Below are positions 21,743-34,047 of a DNA stretch of 64,000 nt, piece after piece. The position numbers and the translations under genes were made by a program. The number at the start of each line of letters is the position of its first letter. Position 1 is the first letter of the stretch. Under the pieces are notes generated by a model, which worked only from the letters and a program-made list of their open reading frames with translations, was not told where the DNA came from and ran no database searches. Origin of the DNA: Gracilinanus agilis (taxonomy: Eukaryota); NCBI RefSeq assembly GCF_016433145.1, contig NC_058134.1, positions 218,425,550 through 218,489,549 on the forward strand, in the 5' to 3' direction.

Positions 21743-22427
21743 GTAAAGAGCAGAGAGCGCCACTTCCATTCCTAAGACTGAACCTTGAACCCAGAGGCAC
21801 CCCCACCCCATCCAATAAGCGAGCTGTCTGTAGTAGAGCTCTCGGGCTAGCCACAGCCTTTATGGCTCACAGTTCACGTCGTGGCCGTCATTTCTTCAGG
21901 GGAAGGCAGGGGCCTTTTTCTAGGGTACAAGGCAGGAACGGGGAGGCCGGGATCCAGGCCTCGGCCTTCCAGCTCGGGCCCTCAGACCCAGGGGTCAGGC
22001 TCTGCACCCCACACTTACTGATGAAGCTGACAGACTTCACTTTGCAGAGTGGAGTTCAGTGGCCTAAGGAGAAGATCTTACAGAGTGCAATTGGGGTATC
22101 CCCCTTCTGCCATTGGCACTCCCCAGCTTCTTCCTGCCTGAGGTTTGTAAGCAGGCCTAGAAGGTGCCTGGAAGCCGGCTTCCCTGCTGCTGACCTCGCA
22201 TTTATTTGTCACTGAACGTGAATGACCATCGCTGCTGCACCCTAAGGCCCAGGGCCTTTCCAGCCCACTCGAGGCTGAAACCTCTTGTGGGTGCCTTTGG
22301 CCCCAGGACAGTGTGAGTGCCTGGAGGGCAGAGACTGTCTTACTTGCCCATCGTACCACCAGCGTGGCTCGTGGCGAACCCTGGAAAGGGCTTTTATTCT
22401 TTGTTTCTTTTCTTCCTTCCTTCCCAG

Positions 22428-22545
22428 TGGGAACATCCCAATCTCTTGTGTCTTGTGTTTGATGTGACCAACGAGCAGTCTTTCACCAACTGCGCCAAGT
22501 GGCTAGAGAGGGTGCGGTCCCAGCTGCAAGGCACCTGTCTTCCAG
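22428..22545 (+). CDS. IFT27: IFT27 coding exon 5 ([40 protein letters not shown])
   Basis: Long pyrimidine tract plus cccag| acceptor, CAG|gtaggg donor; 118 nt. Confidence 0.97.
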
Positions 22546-22763
22546 GTAGGGAAAGGTGGGCATTCTATCTTGGGAAGCAGTCACGAGAAGGAGAGGACCT
22601 GGGGGCATGACTGCCAGGAAAGGGCACGGGGTCTCGGGTTGGAGTCACGGACAAGGGAGCAGCCTTGAGGAGACCCTATCTAGAGAGCGAGCAAGCATTT
22701 CTTCAGCCTCCACCATGGGTTATCCTCTGGCTGGGGTACCAGACCCCCAAAGACAAAGGAGGA

Positions 22764-22971
22764 GGGGGCAGCTGGGTAGCTCAGTGGATTGAGAGCCAGG
22801 CCTAGAGACGGGAGGTCCTGGGTTCAAATCCAGCCTTAGACACTTCCCAGCTGTGTGACCTTGGGCAAGTCACCTGACCCCTATTGCCCACCCTTACCAT
22901 TCTTCCACTTAGGAGCCAATACACAGTATTGATTCCAAGACAGAAGGTAAGGGTTTAAAAAAAATTAAAAA
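22764..22971 (+). mobile_element. Full-length SINE1_Mdo-type SINE in IFT27 intron 5
   Basis: Near-consensus sequence; 19-bp TSD ccccaaagacaaaggagga (22745-22763) / ccccaaagacaaagaagga (22972-22990), one mismatch. Confidence 0.93.
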
Positions 22972-23402
22972 CCCCAAAGACAAAGAAGGAGGCTGTCCTC
23001 CCTGTGTTGGCGCTCAGAATCTGCTGAGGAGGTAGCAAAGCCTGTGAGAAGTCCATGTCAAGGAAAGGCCAGGTTCATCCTGGGTGGGGAGGATCAGTGA
23101 GGCCTCTGGTCTGAGGCCCTGTTGATCTGGGCTTTGCTCCTGAGAAAGCAGGATAAAAGCAAAGCATGCGTCTGTCTTCTGTCCTTCAGGACCAGGGAGG
23201 GAACGTGTCGGCTTCTGAAGGTTTGCGTTCTCTGCCTCTGGCTCAGAATTCTCACTGTAAGAGCCCCCATTTCCTAGCTGGCCACCCCAGGCATGCCTTC
23301 CCCATAATATTCTCACACTAGCCATTTTCCATCCTGGAGAAATGTGAGTTGTACTGCTGGGCTGCCATCTCTGAAATCTTCTTGTTCCTTTTCCCCAAAT
23401 AG

Positions 23403-23512
23403 GTGTATTAGTGGGGAATAAGACTGACCTGGCTGGCAGGCGAGTGGTGGAGGAGAGTCGAGCCCGAGAATGGGCTGGAAGCCACAGCCTGGAGTATTTT
23501 GAAACTTCCGCT
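23403..23512 (+). CDS. IFT27: IFT27 coding exon 6 ([37 protein letters not shown]), G4 and G5
   Basis: ccccaaatag| acceptor, GCT|gtgagt donor; 110 nt restores phase 0. Confidence 0.97.
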
Positions 23513-23904
23513 GTGAGTATTTTCCGAAGCTCCCGGCTCTAGGTGGGGTGACTCTGAAAGCCTGATGGCGGTGGCCTTTCCCTTACCCACATGGCCAACA
23601 GGATCTTAGAGCTGGAGGGCCAAAGGAGGGGGCTTTGAAGAGCAGGAGCTACGCTCCCCACCCAGCTGGGGGAAAGCCACGTCTGCCCCCTTGGTGCTCC
23701 TGGGCCCCTGGGGCTGCCTGCTGGAGCACCACCCAGGACCGTGATAAGAATCGAAGCAATGCTCACTGCCATTTTAAAGCTGTTGCCAGTATCTGGAGCT
23801 TTTTACTTGTCTTCTTTCCCTTTTGGTCAGCAGACAGCCCCTCCAGAGCTCTCCTGAGCAGCAAGTTATCCTCGCCCCCACTGTACGCAAAATGTCACTG
23901 CAGC

Positions 23905-24160
23905 TAGGAGCCTCTGTTGGGCAGGCAGGTGGCACAGTGGATAGTGCCAGGCCCGGAGTGAGGAAGACCAGAGTTCAAATCCAGCCTCAGATGCTTCCTA
24001 TCTGGGTGACCCTGAATAAGTCAGTTAACCTTGTTTGTCTCAGTTTCCTCATCTGTCAAATGAGCCGGAGAAGGAAATGGCCAACCACTTTTGGTATCCC
24101 TGCCAAGAAAACCCCAAATGGGGTCACAAAGACCCAGATATGACTCAACAACAACAACAC
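23905..24160 (+). mobile_element. MAR1-type SINE
   Basis: ggcaggtggcacagtggatagtgccagg head; tail ggaaatggccaaccac..ctgccaagaaaaccccaaatggggtcacaaag..caacaacaac. Confidence 0.9.
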
Positions 24161-25699
24161 AAAGGAGCCCCGTTGGCCGCTTCTCACCACGGCAGGGACA
24201 TTACAGCTGGTGTTCCCTGGGCCAATACTGGGCTGGCACCCTTTATGAGTTGTGTGGAAATTTAACTCCCTAATCCAGCAACTTCATTTTTCAGATAAGG
24301 AAACAGGTTCAGACAGTTAAAATAGTTCAAGCGATTGGGGTGGGGAAGCCTGTCAGAATGCAGAGAGGATAGACGGTGCTTTAAAAAGCAGAAAGAAGCC
24401 GGCAATTCCCGCGTCTGCAAGAGCAGGAGTAATTCTCCACTGGCTCAGTGTTGTCTGCTCGAGGTGCTGAGGGGACTTCCTGTAACGAACCCATCAGAAC
24501 TGTTGAGTCCAGAGCCAGGCACCACCAGGCAGACCAGGCTCGCATCCAAAGACCCTCAGAGCCTGAAGTGAGAAACCCTGCAAATCCCAGCTCTCGACCA
24601 AGGCTCACACCCAGTCCCTCTCTGGATCCCTGTCCAGGTCAAGGGGTGGGGGCAGGGGGCATGGAAAGGGGGTGCTGTTTCCTTAGGAAATCATTCTTTC
24701 CCCCAAGGCTAGCCCAATGACCATCCCATGACTCATTCCTATCACACATTGCACATTCCTGGAGTCTGAGTGAGAAGCCGTTAGGCCCAGTGGTCAGAGC
24801 ACTGGAATTTTGAGTACACAAGTACTGGGTTCAGATTTAGCCTCAGACTTCCTCGCTCTGTAACCCAGGGTCTCCGTTTCCTCATCTGTAAAATGACAGG
24901 GTTGGATTCAGTGGCTTCTCAGGCCCCTGCCTTTAATGACTGCAGGACACTAGCCTGCCCGAACCATGAGTGCCTTCTCTGCAGGATCCCGCATGCCCCG
25001 AAGCTCCTCACACAATCATCTTGGGAACAGGCCCCTGACCAGGCATCTTCACGGTTTCCCAGTGTTGCCCCCCTTATCAAAAGTGGTGTCCCTGAAGGAT
25101 ATTGGAGAGGGATGGGGAAGCACATTGCCTTAAGTGCACAAGTTAACTAGCCCTACCTGCATGGGGGAGGTTGGAAGAAGCCCTCAAAGGGGTCAAGAAG
25201 GCCTTAATTCACAAGGAGACCCCAGGGCAGCGGGAGCCCTTAGTGGATCTGGAAGTGAACCAGAGCCTGTCATCTCGCTAAGTGAAAAAGTAAGCAGAGA
25301 CGACCTAGGCTTGGCCCCAGAGGAGAGCTGGGACCGGAGAGTGGCAGGTAAGCAGAAGCCAGTTCCAGATGATTGAGGAAGAATGCCCTAAGGTTAAAAG
25401 TGCCCAGTAGGGCCTAGAGTGGGGGAGCTGCTCAAGCTTGGGAGAGCATCCAATTTCCTTTACAGATGGGGAAATGGGAGGCCTAGAGAGTACGAAATAG
25501 GACCAGGATTTGAACTTAGGTCCTCAGACTTCAAATCCAAGGCTCTTTCCTTTATACCCTCGTGATTCCTACAGCCCCTGGCTGGACGGTGAGGGGCTTC
25601 TGGGAAGGACCCTTTCAGCTCTGGGCTTCCTTGATCCTTGAGGGCATGTACTTCCAGTTTTAGCAGAAGGAGACTTGTAGGTTTTAGGCCAAATCCAAG

Positions 25700-25830
25700 G
25701 AACCATTTATTTGCAGGAAGAGCAATAAATCAAGGGACTTCATCACCCAAAGAGCTTGTAAACTACAAAACACAAATAGGTTCAAGAAAGAATTTGATAA
25801 GTTTATGGACAAAAACCTCAAACCCTTCTT
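25700..25830 (+). mobile_element. Very old CR1-type 3'-end remnant
   Basis: aaataggttcaagaaagaatttgataagtttatggac resembles amniote CR1 3' ends from memory. Confidence 0.4.
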
Positions 25831-27909
25831 GTTAATGGTGGGAGTCTTTTAAGGGGAATAATTCACCTCAAAGAGGGGCCTTTTGGAGGTCTCTCACAGT
25901 CCTACAGGGCACACTGGCTGGCTCCCCTGCCTGGGGACTGACCCAGGCTCATCCCAGCAGCCACTGCATCTCGCCTGCCCTCTGGCAAATGCATGTTGAC
26001 AAACATCTTCAGGGTCTCCAGTGATGGAGGTGACGCTTCCCACTTCATGAAACTGCCATCAAAACATACGCATTCACCTTCCAGAGCAATCTTTGCTTTC
26101 ACCAATAATTCACCCTAGAAACCCTCTTCCTCCTCCCCCCAATATGAAAAGCAGGATGCAGTTTCCATGTGCTTCACGAACATTCTGCTCCATCAGCTGT
26201 GGGGCATCTGGGCTCTATTGCTCCTGGGCACCTCCATTCTCGCAAAGTGGCTTCTGCACCAGAGCCCGAGGACAGTCTGAGGTGGAAAGTGCTCCCCTCC
26301 TGAGGCTTATTAGGGTTCAAGTTCTCAGAGGAAAAAAAGAAGGGAAGGGAAGGGAAGGAAGGAGAAGGGAAGATCCTTTAGGCACCTACTATGTGCCAGA
26401 CGGGATGCTAAGGGCTGAGAATAGAGGAGTCAAAGTCTGCCCTCGGGAGCTTACACTCTTAAGAAGCAGAACCCCCACCCTGAGGGATTGGGATTGGGGG
26501 AAGAGAGTTTTTGCCTGATGAGTTGGTTTCTGGGGCTGCCAAATGAACTCCCCTGCCCAGAAACACTGGTAAGGTTGCCTGGGTTGCTGTGCCCAAACCA
26601 GGAGTTAGGGAGGGGGTCCAAGGCAGATGACAGGATCTTGTGATCACTTGCCCTTCAAAATGGCACAGCACTAGTGGGGGCACTCCACGGCCCAGCTACG
26701 GAGAAGCGGGACAGAGCACCCTACATCTAGCAAAGTGGGATGGGATGATTGGCATCTGGGGTCACACCACCTCATAGTCAATGCACTGATTGGCTGAGTA
26801 ATCATTTGTATCTCCCTCCTAACTTTGTCATTACCCATCTGTCCAGGGGCCGAGGCGCCTCTGTGAATTTGGCAGTAATGTGAGTGGGCAGAGAAACTAG
26901 GCAGAGCTCTCCATTCTCCGTGGGTCCCTTAAAACCCTGCATGAGCACCACTGTAACGTCAGCCAGTGGGGAATCGATTACCTCTGTTACAAGTTCCCCT
27001 GCTAGGCCTTCTGGAAGGCTCCCCTGCCTTGCTCCTCTCTTCCTGAATGGATTAGCAGTAAGACTACTGGACATGGAAGCAAGACATCTGGGTTATAGAC
27101 CAGAGCAGAGGCTCAGCCACTTTTTAGCTGTGTGACCTTAGACAGGTCACTCGACTTGAATTTACATATTTATTTAAGCTCTCTGGACCTCAGTTTTCCC
27201 ATCTCTAAAATGAAAGAGTTTCTGCACACAGTGACTTCTGAGATCCCTTCCAGGGCAGACACCAAGGCATATACACACAGACCACACTGACCCTGGAGTT
27301 AGGGAGTTTTACCTTCACATCCAGCTTCAGCTATTTGCTTGTTGTGTGACCCTGTACAAGTGTTTTAACCTCTATTTGCCTCAGTTTCCCTCTTTGTAAA
27401 ATGAGGATAATAAGAGTACCTACCCTCCAAGATTTTTGTGAAGATTTAATGACATATTTGTAAAAGCACTCAGCCGAGTGCCTGGCACATAGTAGGTGCT
27501 ATAGAAATGTCCTTTTCCTCCCCCCTCCAGCTCTAGGCATTCCAGGTTCTAAATTTCTTGCCCATTTGGGACATAATCTCCAAGGACAGAACACTGAAGT
27601 AGGAGTCATTGCTTATTGCTTCAGAGAACTTAAAGCTGGAACAGGCTCTGGGTTCATCCAACCAACCCTGCCATCCTAGAGACAGATTTTTGGACTCCGC
27701 CCCGGGGCCTCTCCTGGAACTCTGGGACTCTGAGCCTCCCATTTGTAGTTGTCTGTTCCACTGGAAACATCTCATCCCCTCCACAAAGGGCCTGCTCTTT
27801 CCGCCTGCTGGGAAGGCAGCCCCTTGGGTTCTCCCATGGTTGTCTGAGCAGCTTTGTAGGTGGCGGGGCCTCTTTCCCCCTCTGACTGATGACCGACTTC
27901 TTTCTGCAG

Positions 27910-28008
27910 AAGGAGATGGAGAACTTTGAAGCTCCTTTCCGCTGTTTGGCCAAATTGTTCTACCAGCTGTACCGGGAGAGAGTGGAGCTCTTTCAGTCAC
28001 TGGTGTGA
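27910..28008 (+). CDS. IFT27: IFT27 coding exon 7 ([32 protein letters not shown]-stop)
   Basis: tttctgcag| acceptor; TGA at 28006-28008; 99 nt. Confidence 0.97.
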   Translation, partial: KEMENFEAPFRCLAKLFYQLYRERVELFQSLV

Positions 28009-28096
28009 GCACCTCTGCGGTCCTCCGTCCTCAGCCGGGAGAAGCAGACCTGTGCAGTCCGGAGGCTGATCCACCTTTGTATAGAGAATGCTAGAA

Positions 28097-28102
28097 AATA
28101 AA
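28097..28102 (+). terminator. IFT27 polyadenylation signal AATAAA
   Basis: First AATAAA about 90 nt after the stop; CA and a U-rich tttttt run about 10-20 nt downstream. Confidence 0.8.
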
Positions 28103-30814
28103 TTTCCAGCCACAACTTTTTTGCAATCAAGGCCTGTAGGACCGAGGCTTTTTCCTCACCGACTCTGCAAGGTAGATCATTCAAGGGTTGGCCCCATTTT
28201 ACACATGATCTTCCGTTGTTCCTCCTTGCCCGTGCTGTGCCCCTCTCTGCCCAAGCCCACACATGCTCTCCATTTATCTGTTCCCTGGCAGAGAATCACA
28301 CAGAAGGAAAGAGCTAGAAAGGACCTAATGCCAAGCCCTCATTTCCCTCAGAAGGACTCTGTGCTTAGAAAGTGGACGGCCTACCCAACGTCACCCGGTG
28401 AGGCCTTGGGCCATGGTTGCTCGATATGAGGACTCCTTCCCTGAAGCCTCACCATTTAGGCATCGCAGCCTCTGAAAGCCATACGCAGGCCTTCTCTGGC
28501 CCCCCACGTATCTCGCCCAGAGTCATTGCTGCCTAAGGACCAGGGATGGCACGGGCCTGCTCTAGAAGTCTGGTCCTTTGCCTCTAAGGACCCTCTAATC
28601 CAATAGATGAGAGACAGACAGTGGGAGGACCAATATACCATGGTAGGTGCCTAATGGAGATCCGAATAAGAGCCCTTTATTGAGAAAGGTGGGTAGAAAA
28701 GCCAAGAAGGCTTCCCAGAGGAAGTGGCATTAGCTAGGGGCCTAGAAGGAGTTCCTTTCTAGCAGAGAGGCTTTGAATTGCTCAGTGCCCCAGGCCTGGT
28801 GGCACCAAGAAGCCATCATCCCCCTTCTCATTTGGGCCGGCTTGGCAGGGGAGAGGCTCTGAAGGGCCAGAGCTGGCAAGAGGCTCCACTGAGGAAGCAG
28901 ATGTGTGAAGGGGAGGCTGGCACCCAGCTCCCCTCCAGCCTGGTACAGCAGGAATGTTCTGTACCTGCCCAGGCATGGTGCCCGCAGCCCCCTTTCCCTC
29001 CACCCTTTCAGTTGTCCGGCTGCCAGCGGCTCCCTTGCAGGGGCTGCCATCCCTGGCACCAGAGCACCCTCTATCGGCCTGGCTCCACGTATTTCTTAAT
29101 GAAGGCCCCAACTAATTCCAGCTGACCAGAGCCCGGGCTGTGCGTTGCACGCGTGTGTGCCAAGAACCGCATTTCCTTTCATGTATTTCTCCTCCCAAGT
29201 GGACCAACGCTAGTCATAAGTCTTCGCTTTTATGTGGATTCTCTTCCACCCCACATGCTAGTGCCAGATTAATCTTCCTAAAACTCCCTTTAATCATGCC
29301 CCTCCTCCACTGCCTGGCTCTTCATGCTCATCAGATCAAGTCAGAGGGGCTGGATTAATTGGGGGGATTTGGAGCCAGAGGGCCTGGGTTGGAATCCCAG
29401 CCCTCTCCCTCCCTGTGCGGCTTTGGGAAAGCTGCTGCTTCTCTAGAAAATAAGGGGGTGGGCTAAGGGGTCTCTGGGGTCTCCTCCAGCTATAGATTGA
29501 GTACCCAATGGAAAGTAGCCTGGCATAGCCAAAAGCTCCTTGGCTTTGGAATCAGAAGTCCTGGGTTGAATCTTGCCTCTCTACTCAGTGTGACCTTGGA
29601 CAAATCCTCCTCCATAAAAGACGGGGGTTGGACTGGGCAGCCTATGGTGCCCCTCTCAGGTCAGTATCCACACTCCATCTTCCTGAGGCTGGCCTTTGAG
29701 TCCTTCCATCGCCCTCAACTATCTCTTCTAAGAACCTTCTATTTTCTGGGCATTAATCACAGGATCCCAGATCCAGAGCTGGAAGGGACCCTAGAGGGCA
29801 CCCACTCCCACTCCACGAATTTTTCAGGAGGGTTGATGTTGCTTTCCCAAAATAGTAACCATCAGAGGTGAGATTCGAACCCAGGTCCTTGGAGTCTTCT
29901 ATACCCCACTGCCTCCTGTGATTCTTCATTCCTTCTAGCCTATGTGCTTCCTTTTCCCCACCTTGCCATTCTCATCCTTCTAATTAGATTTGTTGGCAGC
30001 TACCCTATTTTCCATGTCTTTTGCCCCCGTCCTGTTCTTGGCACTCTAAGGAATATGAGAGATGTATAATCCTCCTTGCTGACACTCTTTCTGGTATAGT
30101 GAAAAGTCTGGGGTTGGGTGCCAGAAGACACGGGTTCTAATCTAGGCTCTGCCTCTTATCTCAGCATGTGGCTTTGTACAAGTCACTTCATCTCCCAGGA
30201 CTTTATTTTCCTCATCTCTTGTCACCCTGTCTACCTCTGACGTCCCTTCAAGCCCTTGGCTTCCAAGACTTCAGCTCCCTGGCCTCAGTTTCCCTGTATG
30301 CGAAACGAGGGCATCAAACGAGACAGTGACTGAGAGCCCTTCCCCCAGACCAGCATTCCACAGAAAGGGGCAACGTGGTGGAGTGCACCAAATGCTAAAG
30401 TTATTGCCAGACCCAGGTTGGAGAACCAGCTCAGACCCTAGCCATGGGAACTTGGGGAATGGGCTTGTCCTCACAGTCTTTCCATGGTCACATCTGTAAA
30501 ACAGGAACATTTGTACTTGGATGACTCATAGGGTTGTTGTAAGAGAAAACTCACCCCCAGGCAAGCATCAAGCTCTCATTCTGCTAGACAAATCAGGAGA
30601 TAGAGCTTATGTCCATCCGGGTGACCCTGGACCCTCAGACAAGAGCAGACCCCGGGATACAGAGCTAGAATGGACACTGAACCCGTCCAACCCTTTCATT
30701 TAGTTCTGAGATTCCAGCCCAGGTCTTGTGACTCCAAATCTAGAGCCTTTTCTACTCTCCCACAGACTTCACTGCTCTGCACCTCCATTTCTTCATCTAT
30801 AAAATGGCCCAGGC

Positions 30815-30996
30815 CAGGGATGGCAAACCTTTTAGAGACTGAGTGCCCAAACTGTACCCTCATGATGCATGTGAGCCTCCCCTTACCCAAGACAGGGGAG
30901 GGAGGAATCAGGCGATGAGAGGAATGTCTTCAGGCACAAGTGGAGAGGAGGGGAGCAGCCCCCTCCGGCAGGCATGCCATAGGTTCACCAACACAG
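30815..30996 (+). mobile_element. hAT MITE, family A copy 3
   Basis: TIRs cagggatggcaaacct / aggttcaccaacacag; internal homology to 8744-8953; flanks gcccaggc / ggctagtg are only partly similar. Confidence 0.85.
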
Positions 30997-31404
30997 GGCT
31001 AGTGGATATATTACTGAAGACAAGTCTTTCAACTTCCCTGGACCTCAGTTTCCTCATCTATAATATGGAGATAGTAATAGCTCCTGTATCCAATTTGTTA
31101 ATAGGCCCAAATAAGGTAATATGTGCCAAGTGTTTTGTGAACCTTGATGCACTTTGCAGGGCATTCCAAAAGTCTTTAGGGCAGATTTAAGCCTTCAGCT
31201 TAAGCTTTAGTTTAAAATACACTCCGTTTCAGAACCCCTTGTATAAATGTGTGCTGTCCTTATCATTGCCATCATTATTATCAGTGCAGTCTAATTTACT
31301 GTCAGTTGTCCTTGCTTGACTTACCCATCAAGGGAGAGGTGAAACAGAAGGAACAGAGGCAGCCACATCTTGTGAGTGGGCCTATGATCCCTTCCCTGAT
31401 TAAA

Positions 31405-31560
31405 AAGAGGAAAGGAAGGAAGGAAAGAAGAAAGGGAGAGAGGAGGGGAGGGAAGAGAAGGGAAAAGGGAAGGGAAGGGGAAGGAAAGGAAGAGAAGGAA
31501 AGGGAAAGGAAGGGAAAGAAAGGGAAAGAAAAAGGAAGGGAGAGGGGAGGAGGTGGAGAA
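31405..31560. repeat. Polypurine (GGAA/GAAA) low-complexity tract
   Basis: Almost pure A/G. Confidence 0.92.
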
Positions 31561-33560
31561 ATCTTGGCATGCTCACGTCTTCCTTGCTGGGTCACGATTA
31601 CCCAAGAAGGTACCTGAGAAAGCTCTGCCCATCCAGGAAGCCACAGTGGAATCAGGGCTCACCCAGAACACCATTTCTTTGGCTGCTACCATTAGCCTGT
31701 AATTTTCCATGGCTCATAATGCACCCAGTGAGTGGGAGATGAGGGGGCATGCAACAACCTGCCCCACCTGCTAGGAATGAAAGACATTTATTTTGAGTGG
31801 TGAACTGTTGTGGGTTTGGTTGTTTTTGTTTTTGTTTTTGGCAAATGGGATCTTGGAGACGGAGAGCCCACTTGCACGGGCTGTGGGTTTTAGCTATGCT
31901 GGCTCTTAAAGGCCAATTGCGGCTGAGATGCGTGTTGAGTAGATTGCCAGCCCTGGCCTGTTAGGAGTCCTTCCACTCCTGGCAGGGATGATTGTTTGGA
32001 GGCAGCCACTCATGTCTATAAAAGCCCTTCCTCCTTTAATGGGGGTTTCCCTCTCCATCCAGATCCATCCACAGCTTTGCCAGAGAGACTGGAAAATATT
32101 TTTTTCTCCTCTCTCAGCATTACTTAGCACCTTTCTTCTGCAGAGCATCAATTGCTTTCAAAATGCATTATCCTCAATTTGCCTTTGAGACAGAGGAACC
32201 CAGAGAGAAAGCAGCCTCTTCAGGGTCCCCAGGTCCCTAGTGAGAACCAGGATCTTAACCAAAGCTTGTCCATGCCTAGGGAGGGGAATACTATTGATTT
32301 CTTCAGGGTAAACCATACCATGGAAGATGCCTACATTTCATAAACACAGGGGTTTGGGGGGAAATGCTTCCCTCTTAAAAAGCAATGAAGTTGGACCATT
32401 CCGAGGAAGAGATCAACGGGCCCTTTCCCAGTTTCACCTCTAATGTAGGAATGAAATCATCTTCATAATTTACATAGGAATGGTGCTTCCCAGTTATAAA
32501 GGAATGCAGTGAGCAGAGTTGGCCTGGAGTCAGAAAGACCTGCCTCAGATACTAGTTTCTGTCTGGACAATTCCCTTAACCTCTGTTTGCCTCAGTTTCC
32601 TCATCTATAAAATGAAGGATTTGGACTTAATCATCTCTAAGGTCCTTCCACCTCTAAACCTATGTTCCTATTCTTTGTGCCTGACATGTAATGTTCCATC
32701 ATTATCCTGACTCTTAAAATCCCTCTACCTTTTTTAGGGCTCAACTCAAATCCCACCTTCTGTAGGATGCCTTTCTCAGCATCCCCTGCCATCTGTACCA
32801 TCCTCTCTAAGATTCACTTGCATCTCGCTCATTATGTCTCCCTTTAGAGGGTAAGCTTTTAGGGTTGGGACCATTCTTACCTTCAGAAGATCCGGGGTTA
32901 AATTGTGGCTCCCACATTTAATCAGTCATGAACTGTGGGAAATCTGCCTCCCGGGCCTCAGGTGCCTCATCTTCATTTTATTTTTGTCCAAATCATGATT
33001 TCTTCTGGAAAAAAAAGGTAATCCCCTCCCCAAGTCTTCCCTCAGGTCTACCAAAAATCCTTGGTAAGACCAAAATCTGCAAAGAAATGAAGGCACTTAT
33101 TGGAATTTGTCTCTGCATTTTCTAGTTGTTGAGGAAACTAAGGCAGAAAGAATTGAAGCATCCTATCCTGGACCAAGCAAAATGAGCCTTGACGGCTATT
33201 TGTCAGGGCTATTCTAAGAAGAAATCATTTTACTTATCAGTTGGATTAAATGGCCTCCAAGGTCCCTTCCAAAAGGAAGATGCTATAGACCTGTTAAATG
33301 AGAATGAGTCTTTTTCTGTGTGTTAATCAGTCTAATGATTTTCCCTTCTTATTCTTTTTAAATTATTTATTCATTTTAAGGGATGGCTATGTAAAGGAGA
33401 GAAAGGGTAAAATATACTGGGACATCTAGGTGATATTGAAAAAAAATTATCTCTATTTAAAAACATTTAATCCTAGATCAGCCATCAACTAATTAAATGA
33501 CCTTGGAAAGGCTGAATTGCTTCTCTGGACTGCAATTTCTCTGTTATAGGAGAGGGATGA

Positions 33561-33665
33561 ACTTAAGAGCATCTCCCAGCTCTGACCTTTATTCCTTGTT
33601 CTAAGGGCCCTCCCAGCTCTGACATTCCCTGTTCTAAGGCATCTCTCAGCCCTGATATTATTTGA
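33561..33665 (+). repeat. Three tandem copies of about 32 bp derived from a MIR3-type SINE tail
   Basis: cccagctctgac(n)ttcc(n)tgttctaagg repeated, third copy degenerate. Confidence 0.7.
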
Positions 33666-34047
33666 ATCTATAAACCTCCCAATCTCAGTGCCTGTAGCAG
33701 GGAACAACAAAGGGCCAGTCACCTCAAAAGCCATTCAGTAACACCACATCTGTAGACTAGCTGTACAAACCTGACTTAACCTGTAGTGAATCAAGGGAGG
33801 GAAGAAAGGAGGCGACTATAGTCAAAAGGTAAAGTCTTATAACAATTGTGTGTTTGGCAAAGCTCCCTTTAAGAATCTTCGATCCATCCCAATTACGAGC
33901 TAACTGCTTTTCAAGCAGAGAAACCAAAAAGTGACTGTCATACCAAAGCCAACAGCAGAGAAAAACAGCTGCATCTTCATTGTATAGGGAGAGCCCACAG
34001 CTCTCTGGTTTCCCTATTCTCATGCTACTTCCATCATTAGCTCCCTT

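Larger units (their letters stand above)
5152..28102 (+). other. IFT27: IFT27 gene (start codon to polyA signal), intraflagellar transport 27 / Rab-like 4 small GTPase, 7 coding exons, 186 aa
   Basis: Exons of 34+80+60+60+118+110+99 = 561 nt splice in frame to [186 protein letters not shown]. Motifs: G1 GDATVGKS, G3 DSAGK, G4 NKTD, G5 ETSAK; no CAAX tail. Colinear with the mammalian IFT27 sequence as I recall it. Confidence 0.98.

Noticed and set aside
20622-21746. Many overlapping ORFs on both strands in IFT27 intron 3
   Set aside because: Expected from high GC content (few stop codons); one ends in SINE sequence and none resembles a known protein
22764-22830. tRNA-like A/B-box sequences (many copies)
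   Set aside because: These are SINE heads, not tRNA genes; no cloverleaf
26668-26684. CTCF-like GCACTAGTGGGGGCAC; also about 60708-60721
   Set aside because: Extra bases break the core spacing; the second may be repeat-derived
5186-27909. U12-type introns or intronic snoRNA/miRNA in IFT27
   Set aside because: All six donors are ordinary GT(G/A)-type U2 sites; no convincing C/D-box pair or long hairpin seen by eye, though a covariance-model search was not possible
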